Position numbers and translations under genes: made by a program. From assembly GCA_964466475.1 (NCBI GenBank), contig CAYXNB010000001.1, positions 44,635-108,634 on the forward strand: 64,000 bases of DNA, written 5' to 3'. Every line of letters begins with the position of its first letter. The stretch's first letter is position 1. Positions 56,251 to 63,479 of the stretch are shown here, one piece after another. Source of the DNA: an uncultured Candidatus Saccharibacteria bacterium (lineage in GTDB: Bacteria; Patescibacteriota; Minisyncoccia; UBA6257; GWB1-50-10). The notes under the pieces were generated by a model that made no database searches, had not been told where the DNA came from, and worked only from the letters and a program-made list of their open reading frames with translations.

Positions 56251-57459
56251 TTATGACACCAGAGCATTTTTGATTATTTTCCCTATTTTATGAGCATCTT
56301 TCTTCGTTGTTTCCCGCCCCAAACTGAAGCGGATACTCCTTCGGGCAATATCTTCCGGAATACCCATAGCAAGGAGCGCGTACGAGGCCTCTTGCGAGCG
56401 CGTGGAGCAGGCCGCGCCGGAGGAGACGGCAACTCCAAGGGCATCAAGGCGGGCGACCAGGTTTTTTGAGGCGTTTGGAAATGCGGCGTTTAGGATATGC
56501 GGGAGCGTATTTTTATTTGGCGTATTTCTTACGGCCCCTGGCACTGCTTTTTTAATTTTTTTCCACAGGCATTCTCTTAATTTTCCCAAGCGCTTTGCTT
56601 CTTTTGCCTGGATTTTTATTGCCTCTTCCGCCGCCCTTACAAACCCCACGATCGCCGGAATGTTTTCCGTGCCGGAACGAAAGCCGAATTCCTGACCGCC
56701 TCCGGTTACGATAGGATTTAGGGGATAGCCACTAGCCACTAGCGCGCCTACTCCTTTTGGTCCGTAGATTTTGTGCGAAGAAATGGTCATCATGTCCACA
56801 CCAAGTGTTTTTATGTCGCAGTCCAGATACTGGAAGGCCTGGACAGCGTCGGTGTGTACGAGCGGGTAATTGGTAATTGGTAATTGGTAATTGTTTGTTT
56901 CTTGCTTCTTCTTTCTTGTTTCTTCGCGAAACTCGCGAACCGTCTTCGCGATTTCACGTATCGGCTGAATCGTCCCCGCCACATTATTTCCATACATCAC
57001 GGACACAAAAATGGTGTTTTCATCGAGTGCGGCTTCCAGTTTTTTCAAATCCACCACTCCATTTTTGTCCACCGGAATTTCAACTATTTCCACACCTTCC
57101 CGCGCTAAATCCCGCGCGGTTTCCAAAACGGACTCGTGCTCAACCGCGGAAACAATAATTTTCGGTTCCTTAATCCTTAATCCTTGATCCTTGATCCTTG
57201 CTATCGTGCCGCGAAGCGCGAGATTGTTCGCCTCTGTCGCGGATCCGGCAAAAATCACCTGTCGAAACTCCGCTCCTACGAGACGCGCCATTTTTTCGCG
57301 CGCCATATCAAGCGCGGCCGAGGCCTCCTGCCCGAATGAGTGGAGCGAACTCGGATTCCCGAACCGCGCCGCAAAATACGGCTCCATTTCTTTTCTTGCC
57401 GCCTTTGAAACAGGAGTGGTTGCCGCGTGGTCGAGGTAGATTCTTTCTTGCCTTTTCAT
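56251..57459 (-). CDS. iscS: Cysteine desulfurase (class V aminotransferase, IscS/NifS-like) with internal low-complexity insertion
   Basis: LDHAATTP, PLP-Lys context TISSHKIYGPKGVGAL, catalytic Cys loop SSGAACSTRS; insertion EETRKKKQETNNYQLPITNYPL encoded by GGTAATT x4 tandem repeat. Confidence 0.88.
   Translation of the reverse strand: MKRQERIYLDHAATTPVSKAARKEMEPYFAARFGNPSSLHSFGQEASAALDMAREKMARLVGAEFRQVIFAGSATEANNLALRGTIARIKDQGLRIKEPKIIVSAVEHESVLETARDLAREGVEIVEIPVDKNGVVDLKKLEAALDENTIFVSVMYGNNVAGTIQPIREIAKTVREFREETRKKKQETNNYQLPITNYPLVHTDAVQAFQYLDCDIKTLGVDMMTISSHKIYGPKGVGALVASGYPLNPIVTGGGQEFGFRSGTENIPAIVGFVRAAEEAIKIQAKEAKRLGKLRECLWKKIKKAVPGAVRNTPNKNTLPHILNAAFPNASKNLVARLDALGVAVSSGAACSTRSQEASYALLAMGIPEDIARRSIRFSLGRETTKKDAHKIGKIIKNALVS
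56865..56892. repeat. Perfect heptamer tandem repeat GGTAATT x4 inside cysteine desulfurase gene
   Basis: ggtaattggtaattggtaattggtaatt; unit not a multiple of 3. Confidence 0.85.
57168..57200. repeat. Heptamer tandem repeat (CCTTRAT x4.7) inside cysteine desulfurase gene
   Basis: ccttaat ccttaat ccttgat ccttgat ccttg; encodes KDQGLRIKEPK; same family as repeat in htrA. Confidence 0.8.
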
Positions 57460-57497
57460 GAGCCCACATTAAATCATGGCAAGAGAAAAATCTATAT

Positions 57498-57995
57498 CTA
57501 CTTACGTTTTGCGTTCTGAACTTTTTCCTTCTTGGTTTCTTCCACGATTTTATAGAGATCCATCTTTCGCAAAATAACGAGGAGGAGCGTCATGCCGATC
57601 GCGCTTATCGCGGCAAAAGCCGTGAGCCCGATACCTGCCAGCATTCCGATCGCGGCAACGAACCAGATGGATGCCGCGGTAGTTAGCCCGTGCACGCGCG
57701 GCCCCTGGTGGATGATGATGCCCGCGCCCAAAAATCCGATACCGACCACTATGTTCGAGATGATGCGGAGAGCCGAACTGTTTTGCACAATTGCCTGCAT
57801 AGCAACCCCTTCGTTCGGAGTAATAAGGTAGGGCAGCGCGATACTCCCGATGGTAAAAAGCGCGGCGCCCGCGGAAACCACGATGTCCGTGCGGATGCCG
57901 GCTTCTTTGCCGACCACCTCCCGCTCCCATCCCACGATCGCGCCCAAGGCTATCGCGACTCCCAGGCGTATTATCATTTCTTCAAGCGTAAGCAT
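57498..57995 (-). CDS. mgtC: MgtC/SapB-family membrane protein
   Basis: LGVAIALGAIVGWEREVVGKEAGIRTDIVVSAGAALFT matches MgtC N-terminal signature; 165 aa, 4-5 TM. Confidence 0.75.
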   Translation of the reverse strand: MLTLEEMIIRLGVAIALGAIVGWEREVVGKEAGIRTDIVVSAGAALFTIGSIALPYLITPNEGVAMQAIVQNSSALRIISNIVVGIGFLGAGIIIHQGPRVHGLTTAASIWFVAAIGMLAGIGLTAFAAISAIGMTLLLVILRKMDLYKIVEETKKEKVQNAKRK

Positions 57996-58045
57996 GATTC
58001 TATTATACCATTTACTATTTTCTATTGTTTTGTATGATACATGTC

Positions 58046-58702
58046 ATGTTTAAATTACCCATTCCCCCCCGCGACATCCTCGTCTCCCTGAGGCGCGGCT
58101 TTCGTTTTAAGAGCCCGCTTTTCTATACCTTTGTCGCGATTCTTTTTACCGCGGCCATTATTCTCGCTTCCCATCTTTTTTCCCGCGCGGAGTTTGCGGC
58201 GGAGATTCCTCCGGAGTTTCTTGAAGCGCGGCGCGACGCCTCCCTGACCAGCAAGGAGATCGTCGTCCTTACCGAATCCGTAAACAAAGCGGTGCGCGAG
58301 ATAAATCTGTTAGATGTCGCGGAACAGCGGCCAAGGGCGATGGAGGTCGTGGAACTGGCAAAGACGGACATCGCGAGCGCGAGTTCGCGCGCCTTTGATC
58401 TTTCACGCCACCTTGAACGCATGACCCAGTCGCTTTCTTCCCTTTCCTCCGGCTCTGCCCAGCGGCTCGCGTATGCCGCGATCGCGACCGAACTTTCGCT
58501 GGTCAGCGAATTTCTTACCTATACCGAAAACTTAAACGACTTTCTCGCGAGCATCGAGCGGTCGTTTACCCGCGGCTCCACGCGCGAGGAGCAAGAGGCG
58601 ATCTCAAAAGCGTTGCATGAAGTAAACGAAAGCGCGAAAACCATCAACCGCTTAAACGACGAGTTTCTCGCCAAAATGAAACTCTTTGATACTTCGCTCT
58701 AG
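58046..58702 (+). CDS. Hypothetical membrane-anchored protein (possibly coiled-coil)
   Basis: One N-terminal TM (LFYTFVAILFTAAIILASHLF) then Ala/Glu/Leu-rich soluble region; start chosen at MFKLPIPP. Confidence 0.4.
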   Translation: MFKLPIPPRDILVSLRRGFRFKSPLFYTFVAILFTAAIILASHLFSRAEFAAEIPPEFLEARRDASLTSKEIVVLTESVNKAVREINLLDVAEQRPRAMEVVELAKTDIASASSRAFDLSRHLERMTQSLSSLSSGSAQRLAYAAIATELSLVSEFLTYTENLNDFLASIERSFTRGSTREEQEAISKALHEVNESAKTINRLNDEFLAKMKLFDTSL

Positions 58703-58723
58703 TTTTGATAAGTTTAGGATATT

Positions 58724-58795
58724 GCCCCCGTAGCACAATGGATAGTGCAGCGGCCTTCTAAGCCGCGTATGTAGGTTCGATTCCTGCCGGGGGTG
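58724..58795 (+). tRNA. tRNA-Arg (anticodon TCT)
   Basis: Cloverleaf: acceptor GCCCCCG/CGGGGGT, D-arm GCAC-AATGGATA-GTGC, anticodon stem GCGGC/GCCGC with loop CTTCTAA, T-arm GTAGG-TTCGATT-CCTGC; CCA not encoded. Confidence 0.85.
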
Positions 58796-58928
58796 CGTTT
58801 TAAATTGTTTCTCTTTTCTTTTCGTGATACCTTTTTATTGGTCTTCTATATTCGTTTTCCCTCCCTCCTGCTCTGACTCCGACACACGCGATGGCGGGAG
58901 GGAATCTGCGGGCCATGCCCGCCCGAGA

Positions 58929-58963
58929 GGCGTTTCGCGCTAGCGAACGCCTCTTTGTTTTTA
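58929..58963 (+). terminator. Hairpin (GGCGTTTCGCG-CTA-GCGAACGCC) followed by T-rich run
   Basis: Interrupted 10-bp stem then tctttgtttttatt; about 130 nt downstream of tRNA-Arg. Confidence 0.4.
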
Positions 58964-58983
58964 TTGTGCCGCGGGAGGGAATT
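58964..58983. repeat. 20-bp perfect direct copy of the tRNA-Phe 3' end region (ttgtgccgcgggagggaatt = 59131..59150)
   Basis: Exact 20/20 identity 167 bp from the genuine tRNA 3' end; additional degenerate copies of GGGAGGGAAT at about 58893 (direct) and about 59076 (inverted). Confidence 0.75.
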
Positions 58984-59097
58984 CTTCTCCCCTGTCGCGA
59001 ACTAAAGTTCGCTCCTCCTCCAAAGCCGGGCGCACTCGCTCCATCGTGCCCCGCATGCGCGAGTGTCGCCTTCAATTCCCTCCCGCATGGATACACA

Positions 59098-59126
59098 AAA
59101 AGAACTCGCGGGCGAGTTCTTTTTGT
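59098..59126. terminator. Bidirectional rho-independent terminator (AGAACTCG-CCCG-CGAGTTCT flanked by A5 and T5)
   Basis: 8-bp GC-containing stem, 4-nt loop, A-run upstream and T-run downstream on both strands; lies just 3' of the minus-strand tRNA-Phe gene. Confidence 0.65.
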
Positions 59127-59133
59127 GCACTTG

Positions 59134-59459
59134 TGCCGCGGGAGGGAATTGAACCCCCGACGCCAGCCTCTTCCAAGGCGATGTTTCCCGAATTACTCCG
59201 GGGTTCGGACTATATCATCCCCGCCTTCCGTATTCATGTTTCTCATCGAAGGCGGGGTCGGGCGCTATTTGCGAGTTTATTGTTGGGACTCACTCGCTAG
59301 TCTCTACACCTTCCCCGCAACCTTTGCCCTGCGGGGCTTGGCTCGGGATTGTCCCGCCTTGGCGGGATTTCCCCGAATTCACCCGATTTTTCTCATTCCG
59401 CATTTCTGCGAAGGGCCCCAAAGATTTAGGGCTGCGCTCTACCACTGAGCTACCGCGGC
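59134..59459 (-). tRNA. Intron-containing tRNA gene; exons assemble a canonical tRNA whose anticodon loop reads CUGAAGA, tentatively tRNA-Phe (GAA)
   Basis: 5' exon about 59427..59459: GCCGCGG-TA-GCTC-AGTGGTA-GAGC-G-CAGCC-CT; 3' exon 59134..59173: GAAGA-GGCTG-GCGTC-GGGGG-TTCAATT-CCCTC-CCGCGGC-A; all four stems base-pair; A73 discriminator; interrupted after U33 by 253 nt. Confidence 0.7.
59174..59426 (-). ncRNA. Group I self-splicing intron (253 nt) in tRNA anticodon loop
   Basis: Intron begins AAAUCUUUGGGGCC: IGS GGGGC pairs with exon-end GCCCU giving the U-G wobble at the 5' splice site (P1); R-like GGUGUAGAGACUAGC and S-like GAUGAUAUAGUCCGAAC elements form P7; P/Q-like GAAUUCGGGGAAAUCCCGCC and CAAUCCCGAG; terminal G before exon 2. 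Confidence 0.7.
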
Positions 59460-59765
59460 ATATTTAGTTTTTCTTCTGCGCTTCGCTTATTCCCTACTCC
59501 ACGATGCCTTCGGCTGCGCTCTTCCCGGGCGCGCCTTCCTTTATTATAGTATTACAAAAAATTTTTTTTGTACATTGTGCGGCTTTTGTACGTTGCGCGG
59601 CGCGGCCTCGCTTCTCTTCTTGTCTTACTTATGACGTCCTCAAACTGTCCACATATGCAGAAATTTTGAGGACGGCGCAAATTCAGCGTCGCTCTTTTTG
59701 CAACTTCTCCCCTCTTCTTGTATTCTTTTTCTGTACTCTTTTTCACTCCTTTTCACTCCATTTTT

Positions 59766-60494
59766 ATGCCATCGGTTATTGAGGTAAAAAACTTGCGAAA
59801 GGAATTCGGGAAGGCCTTGGCCGTGGACGGGGTTTCTTTTTCGGTTGAAGAAGGGACGATTACCGGACTTTTGGGGCCGAACGGCGCCGGCAAGACCACG
59901 ACCATTCAGATGATGCTCGACATCATTACCCCGACCTCGGGCGAGATTAATGTTTTTGGCCTGCCCCTTGCGAAGCATCGCGAGGAAATACTGGGGCAGA
60001 TTAATTTTTCCTCCCCCTACGTTGCCCTGCCCCTGAATCTGAAGGTTATTGAAAACCTGCTTACCTTCGCGCGACTTTACGGAGTGAAAAATCCGCGCAA
60101 AAAGATTTTGGAACTCGCGGAATTTTTTGAAATTACCGATCTTTTGCCGAAACTCACGGTAACACTCTCCACCGGCCAGATGACGCGGGTGAATCTTACA
60201 AAGGCCCTGCTAAACAACCCGAAAATTTTGCTGCTTGACGAGCCAACCGCCTCGCTCGATCCGGACATCGCGGACAAAACCAGAAAACTTTTGAAGCAGA
60301 TTCAAAAAGAGCGCGGTATCACTATCCTTTACACTTCGCACAACATGGCGGAGATCGAGGAACTTTGCGAACGCATCATCTTTTTGCAAAAAGGGCGGAT
60401 CGTGGACGACGGAACGCCTCAGGAACTTGTGAAGAAATACGGGAGAAAAGATTTGAATGAGGTGTTTTTGCATATCGCGCGCGAACAAATATGA
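59766..60494 (+). CDS. ABC transporter ATP-binding protein (ABC-2 exporter type)
   Basis: Walker A GPNGAGKTT, signature LSTGQMTRV, Walker B ILLLDEPTASLD, H-loop YTSHNM; start at ATG 59766 inside track ORF. Confidence 0.9.
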   Translation: MPSVIEVKNLRKEFGKALAVDGVSFSVEEGTITGLLGPNGAGKTTTIQMMLDIITPTSGEINVFGLPLAKHREEILGQINFSSPYVALPLNLKVIENLLTFARLYGVKNPRKKILELAEFFEITDLLPKLTVTLSTGQMTRVNLTKALLNNPKILLLDEPTASLDPDIADKTRKLLKQIQKERGITILYTSHNMAEIEELCERIIFLQKGRIVDDGTPQELVKKYGRKDLNEVFLHIAREQI

Positions 60495-61279
60495 AGTGGC
60501 ATAGAATCCAGGCATTACTCATCCGCCACCTCTACCTTTACCGGCGTTCCCTGCCCCGCATCATGGATGTTTTTTACTGGCCGGTCATGGATATTTTGGT
60601 TTGGGGATTTTTCAGCACGTATCTTGAGAAAACCAGCATGGCGGGCTTTAACGCGGTTTCCGTACTCCTTGGCGCCATGATCTTTTGGGATCTGCTCAAT
60701 CAATCTCAAAAAGCCGTGTCTGTGGCGTTTCTTGAAGACATCTGGGAGAAAAACCTCATCAATATTTTTGTCGCGCCTGTCCGGATCAGCGAATTTTTGG
60801 GAGCAACGGTTTTAATAGGGCTCGTTCGTATCGGACTTGTTTCCGTTGTGCTTGGGGGACTTGCCTTTCTTTTCTACAAATTCAATATCTTCGTGCTCGG
60901 GCTTTACCTTATTCCTTTTGTGGCAAACCTGCTTTTATTCGGCTGGATACTGGGGATTTTTACCACGGGCATTATTTTGCGCTACGGCACCCAGGCGCAG
61001 ATCCTTGCCTTTGGTTTTATCTTCATCATTCAGCCGTTTTCCGCGGTGTTTTATCCTGTTTCCGCCCTGCCTCAAGCCCTGCAAATAGTTTCTCTTGCCC
61101 TGCCCTCGGCTCATGTGTTTGAGGGGTTGCGGGCAGTGCTTTTGGGACACGCCTTTCCGGCCGGGCCACTCATCCTCGCCACCTTTATCAACGCCTTGTA
61201 TCTCGCGCTCGCGCTTCTCTTTTTTACCGCGATGTTCCGGCGCGCGAAAATAAAAGGGCTTTTGCAGAAATTGGATTAG
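60491..61279 (+). CDS. ABC-2 family transporter permease
   Basis: 262 aa, 6 TM; ATGA overlap with the ATPase gene. Confidence 0.8.
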   Translation: MKWHRIQALLIRHLYLYRRSLPRIMDVFYWPVMDILVWGFFSTYLEKTSMAGFNAVSVLLGAMIFWDLLNQSQKAVSVAFLEDIWEKNLINIFVAPVRISEFLGATVLIGLVRIGLVSVVLGGLAFLFYKFNIFVLGLYLIPFVANLLLFGWILGIFTTGIILRYGTQAQILAFGFIFIIQPFSAVFYPVSALPQALQIVSLALPSAHVFEGLRAVLLGHAFPAGPLILATFINALYLALALLFFTAMFRRAKIKGLLQKLD

Positions 61280-61893
61280 TATTTCTTCGCGCGTCGTTTT
61301 CTTGGGGGACGCACTCCGATCCACTCCGCCACAACGTGACGCAGGCCGAAGAGGAAAATAAAGATAATGAGCGCGGCGGAAAATATTTCCCGCACCACCC
61401 ATGCCTCGCGCTCTATTCCCACGCGGTACGCGAGAAAGATAAAAAGCGGGGTTACCAGCCCGAGCCAGGTCAGGACTCCCAAAAACCGATAACGGATGAA
61501 GGTGTAATATCGCACTTTCATCCAGCCGCTTAAAAAGACTACGGCCAAACTAAGGTAAATGACGAGGCGCGAAAGCGCGATTGTTTTCGCCGGATTTTCG
61601 TTGAGTGCGGTTTCTATGCGTTCGTGCTGTTTTATTTTATTTTCAATAAAACTTCCCAAAGGAGTGTTGCGCAAGGCGCGGCCGATACAATATATGAGAG
61701 ATTCGTAGCCAAGAATAACGGCAACCACTACGGATATAAATTCCCACAAGCGTATTTCTCCTCTTTGAATGAGGAGCGTGCCGATTAAGACCCCGCTTTC
61801 TCCCTGGATCGCGGAGATGACGCCGATAGTGCCGAATTTTAATGCCGGATGGCTTGCAATCCACAGGAGCGCCTGCTCTATCAAATTGCCCAT
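61276..61893 (-). CDS. DedA/VTT-domain family membrane protein
   Basis: GESGVLIGTLL and RLVIYLSLAVVFLSGWMKVRYYTFIRYRFLG resemble DedA motifs; start moved to MGNLIEQ to avoid overlap with divergently oriented arfB. Confidence 0.45.
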   Translation of the reverse strand: MGNLIEQALLWIASHPALKFGTIGVISAIQGESGVLIGTLLIQRGEIRLWEFISVVVAVILGYESLIYCIGRALRNTPLGSFIENKIKQHERIETALNENPAKTIALSRLVIYLSLAVVFLSGWMKVRYYTFIRYRFLGVLTWLGLVTPLFIFLAYRVGIEREAWVVREIFSAALIIFIFLFGLRHVVAEWIGVRPPRKRRAKKY

Positions 61894-61920
61894 TGGGATA
61901 TTATACCTTACAATGTTTTT

Positions 61921-62334
61921 ATGACTATCAAAGATCTGGAACATATCGTTCATTTCAAGGCCTCCCTGTCCGGCAAGGCAGGCGGGCAAAACCGCGATCA
62001 TCGCTCAACCAAGGTCCATATGTGGGTTCCGATCGAAGACCTCCCCCTGGAGCCGCTCCAAAAACGGCGGCTTCGCGAACACCTCTCGCATCATGTGAAT
62101 CATGATGACGAACTCTGGGTGGAGGATCAGGAGACACGTTCGCAGGATCAAAATCGGGACAAGGCGCTGGAACGCTTGCTTCACATGATTGAGGAAGCAA
62201 TCAAAGAACCGACTCCCCGCATTCCCAATGAGCCCCCACGGAGCGCGGACGAGCGGCGTTTGCAGGAAAAACATCTTGTTTCGCGCAAAAAGCAGGCCCG
62301 TTTCGAGGGCAACTTGCCGCACGGGAATCCTTAG
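61921..62334 (+). CDS. arfB: Alternative ribosome-rescue factor ArfB-like peptidyl-tRNA hydrolase (GGQ domain protein)
   Basis: FKASLSGKAGGQNRDHRSTKVHMW contains the RF-1-domain GGQ motif; about 137 aa with basic C-terminal tail typical of ArfB/YaeJ. Confidence 0.75.
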   Translation: MTIKDLEHIVHFKASLSGKAGGQNRDHRSTKVHMWVPIEDLPLEPLQKRRLREHLSHHVNHDDELWVEDQETRSQDQNRDKALERLLHMIEEAIKEPTPRIPNEPPRSADERRLQEKHLVSRKKQARFEGNLPHGNP

Positions 62335-62350
62335 TTTATGCTTTTGGCAT

Positions 62351-62427
62351 GGTGACCGTAGCTCAACTGGCAGAGCTCTAGGTTGTGGTCCTAGCGGTTG
62401 CGGGTTCGAGCCCCGTCGGTCACCCCA
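62351..62427 (+). tRNA. tRNA-His (anticodon GTG) with encoded G-1 and CCA
   Basis: G-1 + GTGACCG acceptor pairing CGGTCAC, D-arm AGCT-CAACTGGCA-GAGC, anticodon stem CTAGG/CCTAG loop TTGTGGT, discriminator C73, CCA present; A of CCA is the A of the downstream ATG. Confidence 0.85.
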
Positions 62428-63062
62428 TGAATTCATTCCGGCTTCAGATACTATTTGCCATATTCATAGCCCTGCTTATCGGCATGAATCTTTTGGGCGC
62501 GAAGATTATCCCGCTCTGGAGCGTGTTTTCCGCCTCAGTCGGAATTTTTATGGTCCCCCTAAGTTTTCTTGCCACGGATATTGTGGAGGAGGTATATGGC
62601 AAAAAAATCGCAAGGCAGTTCGTGCTTGCCGGCATGATCGCGATTTTGGTCATCATGCTTTTTGTGGCACTTTTTGTGGCGCTCCCTCCGCACGCGCGGT
62701 TTACGAACAACGAAGCGTATGTGGCGGTATTCAAAAGCTCGCTCCGCATTATGGCGGCAAGCATTATCGCCTTTCTCCTCTCCCAGTTTCACGACGTGTG
62801 GTCGTTCGGACTTTGGAAGGAGAAGACGCACGGAAAATTCCTTTGGCTTCGCACCAATGCCTCTACCGTCGTTTCCCAGGCAATAGATACGTTTCTCTTT
62901 ATGATGATCGCGTTTTATCAGATGACGCCCAAATTCACCTTTGCGTTTGTCATGGGCATCGCGATTCCCTATTATATCTTCAAGGTTGTTTTTGGAGCCG
63001 TTAGTTCCCCCCTGGTATATCTCGGGGCGTGGTGGCTCAAGGGAGAGAAAAAGCGGGATTAG
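62427..63062 (+). CDS. yhhQ: Queuosine-precursor transporter (YhhQ/Vut family, DUF165)
   Basis: SFLATDIVEEVYG, FHDVWSFGLWKEK, AIDTFLFMMIAFY match YhhQ family conserved blocks; 6 TM. Confidence 0.7.
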   Translation: MNSFRLQILFAIFIALLIGMNLLGAKIIPLWSVFSASVGIFMVPLSFLATDIVEEVYGKKIARQFVLAGMIAILVIMLFVALFVALPPHARFTNNEAYVAVFKSSLRIMAASIIAFLLSQFHDVWSFGLWKEKTHGKFLWLRTNASTVVSQAIDTFLFMMIAFYQMTPKFTFAFVMGIAIPYYIFKVVFGAVSSPLVYLGAWWLKGEKKRD

Positions 63063-63123
63063 TTTAGTGGCAAAATGGGAGTTTTCCAAACTCTAGTCGC
63101 GAGTTCGATTCTCGCATCCCGCA
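63053..63123 (+). tRNA. tRNA-Gly (anticodon TCC)
   Basis: Acceptor GCGGGAT/ATCCCGC, D-arm GTTT-AGTGGCA-AAAT, anticodon stem GGAGT/ACTCT loop TTTCCAA, T-arm GCGAG-TTCGATT-CTCGC; first 10 nt overlap the yhhQ stop; CCA not encoded. Confidence 0.8.
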
Positions 63124-63176
63124 CAATTGACTTATCTTTGTTTTTGTTTTTTAATATTTATTGAAGGGAGTTTGTC

Positions 63177-63440
63177 ATGAAAAAGATCCGCGGCCGATGG
63201 TACCTCACCGCCGGCGAGATGGTCTTGTTCGTGCTCATAGTTTCGCTTCTTCTCGGGATGGTGATTACCGCGATTCTGCGGGATCGCTATCCCGAATTTT
63301 TTGAGCCGCCCCGTCGGCCGCCCGTTTCGGCGCCGGCTCGCACGCTTAGCGCGAAGGCCCCAGGCCTTCGCGCGTTTCGTTATGAAAATTCAAAAAAATC
63401 TGATATTGTCATACATATCCCGCTTGTAACGTTACATTAA
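63177..63440 (+). CDS. Small membrane protein (87 aa), hypothetical
   Basis: SD GAAGGGAG upstream; one TM (MVLFVLIVSLLLGMVITAIL) then Pro/Arg-rich tail. Confidence 0.4.
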   Translation: MKKIRGRWYLTAGEMVLFVLIVSLLLGMVITAILRDRYPEFFEPPRRPPVSAPARTLSAKAPGLRAFRYENSKKSDIVIHIPLVTLH

Positions 63441-63479
63441 TAGATGAAACAAATTCCTTATTTACTACGTTCTACTTTA

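Noticed and set aside
56865-57200. CRISPR array or VNTR contingency locus for the heptamer repeats
   Set aside because: Units are 7 bp with no spacers or cas genes; arrays are short, in-frame within essential genes, so not CRISPR; phase-variation is possible but unproven.
58800-59448. Protein-coding ORFs 58800..59096 (-), 58891..59448 (+), 59046..59300 (+)
   Set aside because: They run across tRNA fragments, terminator hairpins and the group I intron; translations are Arg/Pro-rich nonsense.
59134-59459. tmRNA (SsrA) as explanation for tRNA-like 5' and 3' halves separated by about 250 nt
   Set aside because: The 5' half has a complete D-arm and anticodon stem (tmRNA lacks these); the intervening sequence has group I R/S elements rather than an mRNA-like tag ORF with resume/stop codons.
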